IMG/VR virus record: IMGVR_UViG_3300033183_000090
Coordinates: 1-59,057 of that record
DNA: 59,057 nucleotides
Direction: 5' to 3' (one strand)
Source: a virus
Taxonomy: Duplodnaviria; Caudoviricetes
Part shown: one piece after another, positions 40,901-50,037 of the stretch
How positions within the stretch are numbered: the stretch's first letter is position 1
How the letters are laid out: every line of letters begins with the position of its first letter
Notes under the pieces: generated by a model
Told to the model about the DNA's origin: nothing
The model's database searches: none
Seen by the model: only the letters and a program-made list of their open reading frames with translations
Program-made: the position numbers and the translations under genes

Positions 40901-43900
40901 GGCAAACAATACGCAAGCAACCACAAAGTCTACGACGGACAAGAGGGCAGTGGCTCTACACGCATCATGGCGTTGGACGGCAAGCCTGCGCTTAACAAGA
41001 TCATGCAGGCTCAGTACCAAGTACACGACTTCCTGCGTGACCTTCGTGCCGCTGGCGCATATCGCTACACAGATAGCGGTCTCGCTGGGGAACTGGACAT
41101 CGACGATGCAGGCCGCTCAGTTATTACCAAGTCTATTGCTGACCAGATGGAGGCGATGGATGCGGAGGCTGGCACCAATTCGTTTGAGGCACAAATTCGT
41201 GCGCTTCGTAACTCGAAAGCCGCATACGACGCACTGGACTGGGAGACAACAGCCCACCTGCATCGCCTTGCAAACAACTTAATCTTCGCCATGGAAGCGG
41301 GGATGAAGGAGTACAAGGCGATGTTTGTGCGCAATATGCCGAAGGACGCTCGTCAGGGCGGACTCGACATCGAGTTCGACACGGGCAAAGCCTTCCTGCG
41401 CAAGCCTTCAGCCAAGTCTTTGCAAGCGATGCGTCGTAACAAAGCCAAAGCAGAGCAAGAACTTCAGGAGATGGTCAACATCCAGACCCTGATCCGCGCA
41501 ATGAACGAGGCAGACATTGGCATCTACCTCGACGAAAACTCACTGGCAGACGTGAAACTGGACGTAGCTCCGGCCCGCATGTCTACCGCCGAGATCGTCA
41601 CCGAAGCCAGCGCACTGCCGAAAGATAATAAGCGCTATGTCGACTTGGCTAACGAGATGCGTAACCGCGAGAACACTCAAGGCCCATCAGCCGAAGAGCT
41701 TATCGCAGACTTGAGCGACGACGAGCGCTTGATCTTCGACACGATGGTCGACCGTGAGTCAGCCCAGCGCATCCTCGATCTGGCATCCAACGGTACTATT
41801 GCCAGCGGTAAGTTCCAGATCATTGCCGCAGACTACCTGCGCAAACTTGGCGTGGAGAACCCACTCAAGCCTACAAGCACCACAGTAAACAAGGCGATCA
41901 ATCGTCTGGTTGAGGTATCTGACGGGACTGACACTGGCAACGGTATCCCGCACGGCCTGCCTTCCTCCATGAAGGATCACATCGCTGGCCTGTCTCACCG
42001 CGAGAAGCGTGTTGAGCATAACCAGCGTTCGATCTTCACCAAGCTGATGCTGTTGATGGGTAAGAATGGTGACGACGAGATCATCAGCGAATACGATCTA
42101 GGCACGCTAGTCGGTCAACCCGGCGGCGACTTGGATGACACACTGCCGATCCCGACTAACCATCCACTTTACAACGATGTCCGTGACCGTATTCGCCTAG
42201 TCGCCCGCCTTGCAAAACAAGGCAAGCAAGATGAAGCGATCATCGAGGTTGCAGAGATTGCGTACCACATGATGTCAGGAAGCGAGCGCGACTTGCTTCG
42301 CCGAGTGGCTCGTGTCGACATCCCAATCGGCCCTAACGGCACGAAGATTGGTGGCCTCGATCCTAACGTGGAGGCAGATCAGGTTGCCCGCATCAAGGAA
42401 ATGGTTCTCGAAACCATGGAGAACGGTCAGCCGAACTGGATCGACATTGACCAAGTTCCTAAATTAGCAACTGCTAATAAGCTACTTCGGAACCTTGCTG
42501 AACACACCAGCTTCGTACTGAACGGCGTGTTTGATGGCGGCCCACAGAAACCTATGATGGCGGCGCATGGCGACATGCTTGCAGGCGCACGCAACAAGAC
42601 CCCGACCTTGTCGGCGGCTCGTGGCGTAGACGTTAAGAACATGCACCCAGCCGTGGCACCACGGGCTGTTCGTGAGTACATCAGTAACATTCCAGTGCGC
42701 ATCGAGACGGCGGTTCGCTCGTTCTTGGGTATCGACTCTGCATCGAAGTTGATCGACCACACATTCGTGAACGTGTCGAACAAGGCCAACGTGCGTGGCA
42801 TTACTGCAACAAACGAAGGCACATTCGGCTCCGGCATTTACATCCGTAGACTAAAGGATGCGGAAGCCGGGTACGATCCGCAGGCCACGAAGACCCAGCT
42901 AGAAGCTGAGATCGACAAGTCTAGCCTGTCCACCGAACAGCGTGGCGCGGCGACTGAAGTGGTTCAGGACATTCTCGGATTGCGTGAGCGCATCAAGTCT
43001 GCATCACAGGCAGGCTCGCCAAGTGCGCCAGCACTACCTGAGTTGCTACGTCGTGAGGCGCGTGCATGGTCGATCCTGAAGGACATGTTGCCAAGCATCA
43101 AACACAACAAGGTATCGCCTGTGTTTGCTCGCATCCGCAACCCGTTCCGCATGGATAGCCAGTCTAGCTACTCGCTTGTTTCGACAGACAGCAACAACAT
43201 TGGTTGGCTGATGGCTGAAGCGGCGAAACGCGGTCTGTTTAATGCAGAAGGCGCAACGAACCTACGACAAGCACTGCCACAGCAGTTCCACGGCGCAGAC
43301 CTGTTCAACGCATTGACCAGTGAAAACGGAATCATGGTTCGCCACGGCGAGGCGTCGTCATCTGCGGAAGCGAAAGACCAGTTGGCCTCCTTCTTGAGTG
43401 ACCAAGGCTTCGACTCACTTCAAGTCGACGACGGTTACATGATGTTCAATGAAGGCTCACTCCGTGAGCTTCAGGGTCAGTGGGCTGAGTCTGACATCAC
43501 AATGCACGGCGGCGAAAAGATTGGCGGCGATCTAAAGATCGGCGCACAAGTCGCAGAGGAGATGGTTGCTACAGGCGAAGTCCTAGACCAGAACATGTTT
43601 GTCGGCCTAGTTGCGCAAGCACAAAAAGCTGGCATGCCAGACGCGGCTATCCGTCCACTTCGCCGCATGGCGAAAGGCAGAGAGCTTGGGCCAAGCGACG
43701 TTGAGCGCGTTGGCCTCTTCTCATCTGTCCTGAACTACTTCAGTGAGAACTCGAAGTATTTCAGAACGATTGGTGCTAACTGGTTCGGTGACAAGATTAA
43801 GCCAGCCAACGGTACGGGCATCTACGAGATGCACGATGTTGAGCTTAATAACATCCTGTCTCCAATCTTCCTTGGTCGCAATCGTCAAGACGCATCGCTG

Positions 43901-46255
43901 AACAACCTACCTGATAGCAAGCAAGGCTTCGGGCGTTGGATGAACAAAAACCGTGGCCTATTGATGCAGGACATCAAACAGCCAGAAAGCCACATGCGCA
44001 TCCTCCAAGCACTGCGTCGTGGCCGCGCATACGTCAACAGACTTAACCCGCAAGAACGTGCAGTTGCTCTGAAGATTGCCCGTGCTTTCGAGCTTGAACT
44101 CAACAAGATGCGCGAACTTGGTATCCAAGTCGGCGACACTCGCAAGTACGGCATGGACTTCTACGTTCCACAAGTCTGGAACACAGATGCTATCCGGGCC
44201 AACCCGGCGAAGTTCGAGGAGGCGATGGTCAGGTTCTTGGCACGCGAACAGCGTAGCCCTGAGTTCTTGGGCAACGTCCTCAACGAGGCTGAGTTGCGAG
44301 CCAAGGCTAAGCGGCTGTTCTACACAATGTCTGGCGACGAAGGCATCCTAGACTTGGTGGGTGATGAGGTATCCAAGGCGGTGTCCGATCCATTCCACCA
44401 GCGTATGTTGCGCCTGTCGCCTGAAGACTACCCTGAACTTGAGGGCTTCTTGCAGAACGACCTCCAAGCACTGATGGCTAAATACTTCGACCGTACCGTT
44501 CGCAAGCGCATGCTTACCAAGAACTTCGGCGTAGAAGGTCACGCTCTGGAGGCTTACAAGGCAGTGGCTCGCGGCGGTCGTGACGCGGCGGTAGAAATCT
44601 TGTCTAGCCCGCGCATCCAAGTAATCGAGTACGACACGATCCTTGGTAAAGCTGGCAGTGAAAACATGATTGTGCCTCGCCTTCCGGGCGGTCGTGAGAC
44701 CATTATGAAGGTGGTTGCTGACATCGACCGTGTTCTAGGTACTGATCCTAATAAGCGTACCCTGAACAAACAGGCGGCGATGAACGTCATCATCAACGCT
44801 CAAGAAGCGGCGTTCCGCACAGACCCCAACTTCCTGCTCCGCGCAGAGGCTGTGGTCAACGCTATGGTCGACTTCCAGAAACCAGCGCGACTAAGCGTTA
44901 TTCAGGACATCGACAAGTTCAACGCTGTTCTCAACAAGCGCCCAATCGACGGTAGCTCTGGTCACGAGATGAAGCACAAGTTCAGCCGTGGCGTCCGTTC
45001 GTTCAACTCAGTCTCACTACTGGCTTACACCACGCTTTCGTCTATCCCTGACTTGGCGCTACCGCTCATCCGCAGTGGCAACATGACAGCGTTTGCGAAG
45101 GCTTGGTCGAAGTACGCATCAGACCCAGACTATCGCCACATGGCGAAGCGCATGGGTACTGGTATCGAGAACCTGATCCACGACCGCATGGTGCAGATGG
45201 CAGGCCAAGGCGAACAGAAGTTCACCAACGCCTTCTTTAACTTCACCCTGCTGACAGACTGGACAAACATGAACCGCGAAGTGGCGGCCATGGTGGGGTT
45301 CGAGGCGTTCAAGACTGAGATCGACCGCGCATCCCGCCTTCGTCGTGAAGGCCGCATGGACAGCATGGCATACCGCAAAGCAGTTCGCTTCCTAGAGCGT
45401 TACGGCCTGACTGGCCCCAACGCTGAGCATGACTTCTTGCACAAGAACAGCTTCGCGCTGGACTCATTGCCTCAAGATGAAGTCATCCAGAACCAGCTTA
45501 AAGCGGCGATGTTGCGCTTCACAAACGAAGCCATCTTTACGCCTAATCCGAATGACGTACCGATGTGGGCGCAAACCCCATACGGCGCGATCATCTTCCA
45601 GCTGAAGTCGTTCCCGCTGATGATGTCCAGACTTTCCAAGGACATCCTCAAGGAAGCCTTTGTACACGGCAACATGAAGCCGCTGATGTACATGGCAACG
45701 GCTGGCGTTGGTCTGGGTATGGTTTCGCTTGGCCTCAAAGACTTCGTGCAATCTCGCGGCGGCGAAGATGAGAAGTCTAGGGCGCTACGTCTACGCGACA
45801 GCGGCAAACTCGGCGAGCTTATCGGCGTCGAAGAGGGTGGCGATGTTGATGCACGACTTGGCTGGTATCTCGAAGGCTTGCTCGCAATGGGTGGTCTCGG
45901 TCTGTTCGCTGAGATGATGTACAACACATCTGCTCAGTTGGATAACGGAGCCTACGGCCAGATGCGCACAATGAGTGCGGTGTTTGGCCCAACGGTCGGC
46001 CTGATGCAACAAGGTCTGACAGTCGCGGCTGGCGCTCAAGAGGCCGCGTTCGGCGACCCAGACAAGAACTACAAAGAACGTGCCGCAGTACGCGAAGCGG
46101 CTCGCCGCATACCAATCGCTGGTGGATACCGTCCATTCGTGGAAGGCACCACAGACTTGGTGGCCGGGGAGCGTGGAGGTGACGGCGATGCACCGACTAA
46201 CAACTGGCGCAGGTCAAGCACAAGCGCTTGGTCAAAAAGGGATAGCAACTGGTGA
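34994..46255 (+). CDS. Giant polyvalent internal virion protein (3753 aa) with zincin-like and ART-like segments
   Basis: GTG start with GGAG RBS; HEVGH...EMFA; FGSGIY...VSPVFARIRNP...GFDS. Confidence 0.8.
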   Translation: MALRSSQIASTLTTTTNPVQEQGSQSLGYAANLNPENVRNVLNSREFIQDIMDYYGERDGRSFQSNAEAIDYFMSDRRWKNMNTVSMAKELMSTGADSNAQNGRLARLQTVFDAAPSFYEEGGDGFAGFAENAAAAVLDPINLIGFGSGGAAAKAAAAGVRAQAGHALSREALNATRREATRAGLRAGIAGGARAEGLAEGFVSGTQSALTQNRNINIGLQNEFSYGQLAADTALGTVMGGAIGAPMGAAGAVLPNPLVRGANGERFTMENSITRGIREGQQQVRADLRAGREADALDAEANATPARTPEEEEDVAFNDTAARARARAERLTSQEAEAAADAQTRAAAESDSTPTVGTPDPNQPRPDSEGTRLRLSAQTMLDARRAAVAKDAQAAKAAESGDVAKASELRAEAEALRQGSNDIKQTLDILDSDANAREKQAAMDALAEKQKTTVQLLLPAPEARQALPAPDPNNPIPSTGQVYDEAGNPIIQLPDGSPGRNLNEDELLRKRAIMPEVKVDGQPMRTNEAGAAAIQAEADAAQAQRDLELGVQQGERPGTSRPDMVEEARLEQEIATDKDALVAADQSIQEINARFEAEPDPEKKPAIQAELDQALASRQEIASRINTNELRTAQIKAERIQNGAERQKALDAVASQEDALATEASTDGTRVEAGAEDGDAPTVEFTDADITPEAIADATGTNTNTLLDVLESLGHNRNYEQRVLKGLGDARTTAGKTKRREYLVDRLKRAKAREVTASNLKLLTIDNKFNRNIVEAMLETAGLDDAELAHAIDIYDKFLERAGYSLFLEKMADLGPLGTPSRVLSVLRETVGPDAVAAVEKAIASRGALHAEIPRDQLVGIYKLLSPEQKAKMTQFKAIYLKNIKMDNPGISEADAERMAKHAVEQLVKVQLQRTIGQDPKAATALGLGQDIVDDILSRTEGVHMGKQVRAGSGYYNQNGRLVKGGDVVNKAQRMLQSANSKGYIGKLIIQGRKRDAGGNTIRTSAGFTALDQLLDAAIQRATNRGGEADPIKRARAVEQAKKNNNDAMNPEVLEPIAKELNLANGMLNRWLKAQENYDGPVEGAEIAKIEGKIDEARIRLGDAIVAAQQILGAKGGEHADGILKALRERISMLTKSTGKEAAGNRKEKAMAESARSMITVELNARRAELGAKIRRHNQQVASGQKTDMSDAQVAALQEQIVQLGKDLDQAISKVGVAERRIFKEMKKTLAAERIAQNKLDINAGQMTEAEARASDEAYEAWLMEGLDRQEVETMASDMADNVNRVESANRQHAKVVNEEIAPDYNKMTKAELISRLKEAEAKRQKRLSAVSDINTMPAGKRYKPFMVSVRGVEVDVHNDFTFTKGTDGTVEVRMADSQEVLGKIQTIEGHGFVFHKTADAADAPKTLFTTNDALKRQLPVMFEARIKKLNEDTSNFDVRENEPDLVYYEPDYKQSETYADAPVREITEADIVDPIAQPRVVGDPSNPLSMTEDNFDVPAGRKLAVQIIDPESGKSFKSVRVLSYKGNQSIGDVLKTSAKYKYVVGHVEAPYKSGSIGAEETFRPLDPEDAFYPANATEPVLGAEYAPTSGNDRSSRRMRKNRPHKLEDLAGKAIIGAPEFYADAGIRSVADLVQYVANLEMIPWAQLKDKANYDLFVQRRIEAGQLLQRNAPNGIDRPVADARVAVNQLREVFAGAADDEIVAAEAFIMRLASKNQGQAPLIKGGLESQYMPNTLGAPGAERNRISIGDQTLRVDEDGKRYRPAVGDLVHEVGHWIYMNLMTESEKLQFWDSVGKYMTEDGFMIDHIQRRVVDGIYSNAIESPAEMFAHQFSGWVVGNGMINNTSLWTKIARKAQAIIKKFIKREEFEIDPDLVPIFQKYMPVLEIDPVTGASNGGVSRFAHLEEFGAKVGKKEGKGAALAGKQLRVLDERRIELLDVLNTSSSEATDSLSLIMTLERVQKALYGDYGGKQYASNHKVYDGQEGSGSTRIMALDGKPALNKIMQAQYQVHDFLRDLRAAGAYRYTDSGLAGELDIDDAGRSVITKSIADQMEAMDAEAGTNSFEAQIRALRNSKAAYDALDWETTAHLHRLANNLIFAMEAGMKEYKAMFVRNMPKDARQGGLDIEFDTGKAFLRKPSAKSLQAMRRNKAKAEQELQEMVNIQTLIRAMNEADIGIYLDENSLADVKLDVAPARMSTAEIVTEASALPKDNKRYVDLANEMRNRENTQGPSAEELIADLSDDERLIFDTMVDRESAQRILDLASNGTIASGKFQIIAADYLRKLGVENPLKPTSTTVNKAINRLVEVSDGTDTGNGIPHGLPSSMKDHIAGLSHREKRVEHNQRSIFTKLMLLMGKNGDDEIISEYDLGTLVGQPGGDLDDTLPIPTNHPLYNDVRDRIRLVARLAKQGKQDEAIIEVAEIAYHMMSGSERDLLRRVARVDIPIGPNGTKIGGLDPNVEADQVARIKEMVLETMENGQPNWIDIDQVPKLATANKLLRNLAEHTSFVLNGVFDGGPQKPMMAAHGDMLAGARNKTPTLSAARGVDVKNMHPAVAPRAVREYISNIPVRIETAVRSFLGIDSASKLIDHTFVNVSNKANVRGITATNEGTFGSGIYIRRLKDAEAGYDPQATKTQLEAEIDKSSLSTEQRGAATEVVQDILGLRERIKSASQAGSPSAPALPELLRREARAWSILKDMLPSIKHNKVSPVFARIRNPFRMDSQSSYSLVSTDSNNIGWLMAEAAKRGLFNAEGATNLRQALPQQFHGADLFNALTSENGIMVRHGEASSSAEAKDQLASFLSDQGFDSLQVDDGYMMFNEGSLRELQGQWAESDITMHGGEKIGGDLKIGAQVAEEMVATGEVLDQNMFVGLVAQAQKAGMPDAAIRPLRRMAKGRELGPSDVERVGLFSSVLNYFSENSKYFRTIGANWFGDKIKPANGTGIYEMHDVELNNILSPIFLGRNRQDASLNNLPDSKQGFGRWMNKNRGLLMQDIKQPESHMRILQALRRGRAYVNRLNPQERAVALKIARAFELELNKMRELGIQVGDTRKYGMDFYVPQVWNTDAIRANPAKFEEAMVRFLAREQRSPEFLGNVLNEAELRAKAKRLFYTMSGDEGILDLVGDEVSKAVSDPFHQRMLRLSPEDYPELEGFLQNDLQALMAKYFDRTVRKRMLTKNFGVEGHALEAYKAVARGGRDAAVEILSSPRIQVIEYDTILGKAGSENMIVPRLPGGRETIMKVVADIDRVLGTDPNKRTLNKQAAMNVIINAQEAAFRTDPNFLLRAEAVVNAMVDFQKPARLSVIQDIDKFNAVLNKRPIDGSSGHEMKHKFSRGVRSFNSVSLLAYTTLSSIPDLALPLIRSGNMTAFAKAWSKYASDPDYRHMAKRMGTGIENLIHDRMVQMAGQGEQKFTNAFFNFTLLTDWTNMNREVAAMVGFEAFKTEIDRASRLRREGRMDSMAYRKAVRFLERYGLTGPNAEHDFLHKNSFALDSLPQDEVIQNQLKAAMLRFTNEAIFTPNPNDVPMWAQTPYGAIIFQLKSFPLMMSRLSKDILKEAFVHGNMKPLMYMATAGVGLGMVSLGLKDFVQSRGGEDEKSRALRLRDSGKLGELIGVEEGGDVDARLGWYLEGLLAMGGLGLFAEMMYNTSAQLDNGAYGQMRTMSAVFGPTVGLMQQGLTVAAGAQEAAFGDPDKNYKERAAVREAARRIPIAGGYRPFVEGTTDLVAGERGGDGDAPTNNWRRSSTSAWSKRDSNW

Positions 46256-46452
46256 CGCTTAAAGAAGTTCTAGCTCAGAAACTTATCCCCCGAGGCATGA
46301 TGATCGCTATGACCATCATGTCTTGGCGGGTAGTCGAGTGGTTTATGACCCTCTCTGACCCAAGCCCGTCTCAGGCGGGCTTGGTTTCTGTCGTAACTGG
46401 CGCAATGACAGGCGCATTTGCCGTGTGGCTTAACCATGAAAAGGACAAATAA
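46252..46452 (+). CDS. Small two-TM membrane protein (lysis cassette)
   Basis: Two hydrophobic segments; coupled to both neighbours. Confidence 0.65.
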   Translation: MTLKEVLAQKLIPRGMMIAMTIMSWRVVEWFMTLSDPSPSQAGLVSVVTGAMTGAFAVWLNHEKDK

Positions 46453-46847
46453 TGTTATCAGCACTCATAGGCCCAGTGACTGGGCTACTAGATAAGTTCA
46501 TCCCTGATGCGGACGAGAAGGCAAAACTCGCCCACGAAATCGCAACACTTGCGACTAAGCAGGCCCACGAAATTAGTCTCGCCCAGATCGAGGTCAACAA
46601 AGCGGAAGCGGCTTCTGGCTCAGTCTTCAAGGGCGGATGGCGTCCTTTTATTGGTTGGACGTGCGGAGTGGCCTTTGCTTACCATTTTGTTATTCAGCCT
46701 CTGCTGGTGTTTGGCGTCGCTATTTCTGGCGTTACTGTCCCTGATCTTCCGGCTTTTGACATGAGTTCTCTTTTAACTGTACTTGGCGGGCTACTTGGCC
46801 TCGGCTCTTTGCGCACGTTTGAAAAGTACAAGGGGGTCACGAAGTAG
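46452..46847 (+). CDS. Holin (3TM/DUF3154-like)
   Basis: LDKFIPD.DEK, N..EA.S...F..GWRPFIGW.CG, LLGLG.LRTFEK.KGV. Confidence 0.85.
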   Translation: MLSALIGPVTGLLDKFIPDADEKAKLAHEIATLATKQAHEISLAQIEVNKAEAASGSVFKGGWRPFIGWTCGVAFAYHFVIQPLLVFGVAISGVTVPDLPAFDMSSLLTVLGGLLGLGSLRTFEKYKGVTK

Positions 46848-46848
46848 C

Positions 46849-47322
46849 ATGGACATCGACAGCGTCAAAACGTATATCGGTATTGCGACTGCCGCTGTTG
46901 GACTAGCGGCTGGCGGCTATCAGGCCGCTGACAAAATCGGGTGGCTACAAAAGCCCATTCTTGAGTGGTATCCCGAGCATTTCAGCATCACTAGCGGGCC
47001 AGCAAACGAGCCGTTCAAGGTGGTAGTCGCACGAGAAAAGCTACGCGACGACTGCACAGTTGAGAACTTCATACTCGATGTGCGCGACAGCGAGCTACTG
47101 GTGCATCAAACAACACCATCTATTACTACATTCATGGGGCCAGCGAACCACAAAGTGGATACGTTTGCCTACACCTTCACCTTCAATGAACCAGAGAAAG
47201 TAAGCGAGGGCGTGGCAACGCTTATCGCCTACATCCACTACGGCTGTCCCGAAGGGCCAGTTGTGGTGCAATACCCAGACCACCCAAACCTTACCTTTAA
47301 CGTAGAAGGAATCTCACAATGA
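46849..47322 (+). CDS. N-terminally membrane-anchored protein (lysis cassette)
   Basis: One TM helix followed by a beta domain with two Cys. Confidence 0.6.
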   Translation: MDIDSVKTYIGIATAAVGLAAGGYQAADKIGWLQKPILEWYPEHFSITSGPANEPFKVVVAREKLRDDCTVENFILDVRDSELLVHQTTPSITTFMGPANHKVDTFAYTFTFNEPEKVSEGVATLIAYIHYGCPEGPVVVQYPDHPNLTFNVEGISQ

Positions 47323-47774
47323 GTTTCAAACTTTCACAGCGCAGTCTCGATAAACTGGAGGGCGTCGACGAGCGATTAGTCGAAACTGTTAAGCGTGCAA
47401 TCGAGATCACCACCGTAGACTTTGGAGTCATCCAAGGCTTGCGAACTCTCGAAGAGCAGAAGGAACTTGTTGCTAAAGGGGCGAGTCAGACTATGAAGTC
47501 GCGCCACCTCGAAGGCATGGCCGTAGACTTAATGGGCTACTTGTCCGGGCGGGCCTGCTGGGAAATCACAATTTACGACGACATCGCAGATGCCATGAGA
47601 CTGGCGGCACTGGAGACAGATACCCCGATCCGTTGGGGTGGGTGCTGGATAGTCGAGGACATCCGCGATTGGAAGCAACCAATGTCAGAAGCCTACAACT
47701 ACTACGTCGATACTCGACGCAAGCAGGGTCGACGACCATTTATTGATGGGCCGCACTTCGAGATACCCGGCTAG
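47319..47774 (+). CDS. Endolysin, peptidase M15 family
   Basis: GLRT.EEQ, SRH..G.AVD, WGG, DGPHFE. Confidence 0.9.
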   Translation: MSFKLSQRSLDKLEGVDERLVETVKRAIEITTVDFGVIQGLRTLEEQKELVAKGASQTMKSRHLEGMAVDLMGYLSGRACWEITIYDDIADAMRLAALETDTPIRWGGCWIVEDIRDWKQPMSEAYNYYVDTRRKQGRRPFIDGPHFEIPG

Positions 47775-48291
47775 TCACGCCCCAAATTAAGTCTAGTTGC
47801 ATGGCAAGCTCACGCTGGCCCATGCTGTTGTGCAGGATAAGATTAGGTTCGGATGGTATCGACTCCGAGCAATGCTCCCCGCCGTCCATTCCCGGACGCT
47901 GAATTAGAACCAGCGTTCCCCCCATCTTCCTGACCCTCTCCGCTTCGTTTGGAAAGCGACAGTCGTCGACTACGACGGGGGTCTGGTCGTTCAACAGGGC
48001 CAGCACCTCGGACTGCCATAGATCGCCCCAAAGATTTTCGTGGATTAAGGTTCGACCCCATTCCGTTCCCAAAGTTTGCATCGCCCATCTTGGTGTTGCT
48101 CCATTCAATAATGCGCAGGGCTGTTCTTTGAGGTCACCCTCTAGCTCGCGCTCAGTTAAACCCAAAGTTCGCAACATGTCCTTGAGTGGCTTGGCGAACT
48201 TGACTTTAGTGTATCCGAAATTCTCGACTAAGTAGTCCGCACAGAAAGACTTGCCACTACCCATGTACCCACAGAAAGCCACGAGCTTCAT
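47740..48291 (-). CDS. Deoxynucleoside monophosphate kinase
   Basis: G..GSGKS, FA.PLK, PR..MQ.LGTEWGR, D.RF.NE, H.SE. Confidence 0.9.
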   Translation of the reverse strand: MKLVAFCGYMGSGKSFCADYLVENFGYTKVKFAKPLKDMLRTLGLTERELEGDLKEQPCALLNGATPRWAMQTLGTEWGRTLIHENLWGDLWQSEVLALLNDQTPVVVDDCRFPNEAERVRKMGGTLVLIQRPGMDGGEHCSESIPSEPNLILHNSMGQRELAMQLDLIWGVTSRVSRSAAHQ

Positions 48292-48293
48292 TG

Positions 48294-48503
48294 TTATTCC
48301 ATTTCTTTGAGCTTCAACTCAACGTCCAGTATCTCGGCCTTGATGTACTTCTGCTTGTCCATCGCCTTGAACCTGTCATCAATAAGGTTGCCCCGCTTAT
48401 CGCCGTACTGCTCAATGTTCCATTCGATGTCGCGGATGCGTTCTTTGATGCTCTGCTCTTGGTGTCTGAGTTCGAGCAACTTTAATTCAAGTTCCTTCTT
48501 CAT
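48294..48503 (-). CDS. Small coiled-coil protein
   Basis: Heptad Leu pattern, GAGG RBS. Confidence 0.6.
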   Translation of the reverse strand: MKKELELKLLELRHQEQSIKERIRDIEWNIEQYGDKRGNLIDDRFKAMDKQKYIKAEILDVELKLKEME

Positions 48504-48714
48504 TCTCTGCCTCTAAGTCTTTGGCCCACCTGACCAAGTCGTTGTACCTTTTGTTGATCTCCTGAACCTTGCGCATCCTGAGTTCTTTGCTACGCAATTT
48601 CTTCGCTTTGACTGCGTCGTCGATCAGCTTCTTGTGTTGATCTCTGACGCCTTGTTTAGTCGCCCTGATTAGAACCGGGTCAACGCGACTAAGAACCTCG
48701 AATAATTCCATCAT
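48487..48714 (-). CDS. Hypothetical basic protein
   Basis: ATGA overlap with the exonuclease stop. Confidence 0.55.
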   Translation of the reverse strand: MMELFEVLSRVDPVLIRATKQGVRDQHKKLIDDAVKAKKLRSKELRMRKVQEINKRYNDLVRWAKDLEAENEEGT

Positions 48715-49505
48715 CCCCTCGGCTTGGGTACATACGCTGTCCAGTCGGCACAAGTCGTGCCGTCGCATTTGTCACAGCGCATCTTCCCGTCATTTGTTGC
48801 GTATGAATTGCCGCAAGTGCGGACACTCCGCTCGTCTGGCAGTGCGCCATTCCAGCATGCGTCGAACTTGAAGCACCCACGACAGCGCCAATCGCTCTCG
48901 TCTTCAGAACATTTAGCCGCATCGTTCACCAGAACGCGCTCAACCTTGGCAGTCAGGTAAGCAAACCTGAACTCGTCGTAGTCGATGTACTCATGGTGGT
49001 ATGCGGAAGTGTTCTTGTTGTAGGCCACCATCACAAACTTCTTAATGCCAGATAGGCCCATCATAAATTGCATCTGGTCGTAGTAGTGTGCGTGACTAGA
49101 CTTGATGCCCTTCTTAACAAACTCTTTGTGCTTGGCATCGTTCATTGATTTGATTTCAACGCCTATAGTATCTGGCCCGACTTCCATCAGACCGTCGGCG
49201 TTACCCATAACCAAGCCGCCGTAGCCTTCAAATCGCCACTGCTTGCCCGACATTGGGTCTTTCTCCATGACATGCAGACCAGCCTTACGCATGTCCTTGA
49301 TGACCACGTCTTCAATGCGGTGGCCGTCTCTGAAAATTCTTTTGAGTCTTGAGTCTGGCGGGGTGTCTGGATAACCCCTAAAAGAAAACGCTATCGAAGC
49401 GTCACATGATTGCCCGATGCCTGACGCACCGATGTACTGCCGAGCCTTCTCGCGCTTCTCTTTGTCGAAAGCATCTTCGATAAGTTGGGTTATGTCTGGC
49501 GTCAT
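48711..49505 (-). CDS. Cas4-like PD-(D/E)xK exonuclease
   Basis: YIGAS.IG..C, G.ADG, EIKS, Q.Q..M, CRGCFK...C. Confidence 0.85.
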   Translation of the reverse strand: MTPDITQLIEDAFDKEKREKARQYIGASGIGQSCDASIAFSFRGYPDTPPDSRLKRIFRDGHRIEDVVIKDMRKAGLHVMEKDPMSGKQWRFEGYGGLVMGNADGLMEVGPDTIGVEIKSMNDAKHKEFVKKGIKSSHAHYYDQMQFMMGLSGIKKFVMVAYNKNTSAYHHEYIDYDEFRFAYLTAKVERVLVNDAAKCSEDESDWRCRGCFKFDACWNGALPDERSVRTCGNSYATNDGKMRCDKCDGTTCADWTAYVPKPRG

Positions 49506-49522
49506 TCTTCATCTTCACAATA

Positions 49523-49550
49523 AGTTAAGGGGGCTTTAGCCCCCTTAACT
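49523..49550. terminator. Perfect 12-bp hairpin (terminator or RNA stabiliser)
   Basis: AGTTAAGGGGGC-TTTA-GCCCCCTTAACT between SSB and exonuclease genes. Confidence 0.6.
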
Positions 49551-49557
49551 CTACTTC

Positions 49558-50037
49558 TTAGAACGGTATATCGTCGTCCATATCGTTGTCAGGCTTGTCA
49601 TCACCCTTTTTCTGGGCAGACTTGCCGATCTCCGCAGGATCAAAGTAACCCTTCACACCTGATCCGGTGCGCTCTTCGCCATCCTTAGTGTACGTCTGGG
49701 AGACAACAGACACACCCGGCATGAGTCCTTTCAGACTAGCAATATCCCCCGGCTTGTCAGGATTTTTATGACCGCCGAAAGTGAGGAGAGCTTTCAACTG
49801 CTCCCGACCGATCCGAGTTGCTTGCTCGGAAGAGGGGACATGGACATTGATCCAGTGGCGTATTTGACCACCAGTGCCTACATCCTCAAGGGTTACCTCG
49901 ACTTGCTTCCCGCCCGAGCGCGTATCTCGTAACTGTGCGCTTACCACTTTGCACTGGTAACGACCGGGTTGCAGTGTGTTGCTGGAACCAGATGCTTCGA
50001 TCCCAGACAGGTTAAGTTCATTGAATGAAAACGCCAT
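49558..50037 (-). CDS. Single-stranded DNA-binding protein (DUF669-like)
   Basis: PG.Y...V N-terminus, acidic DDDIPF C-terminus. Confidence 0.8.
   Translation of the reverse strand: MAFSFNELNLSGIEASGSSNTLQPGRYQCKVVSAQLRDTRSGGKQVEVTLEDVGTGGQIRHWINVHVPSSEQATRIGREQLKALLTFGGHKNPDKPGDIASLKGLMPGVSVVSQTYTKDGEERTGSGVKGYFDPAEIGKSAQKKGDDKPDNDMDDDIPF

Noticed and set aside
34994-46255. Giant protein as an N4- or crAss-like virion RNA polymerase
   Set aside because: Size fits, but I found no ordered T7-type A/B/C motifs or convincing DxDxD catalytic loop; an isolated VFDG is insufficient. HHpred would settle it
48711-49505. Cas4-like gene as evidence of a CRISPR system
   Set aside because: No repeat-spacer array or other cas genes; it sits in a standard Sak4-SSB-exonuclease module
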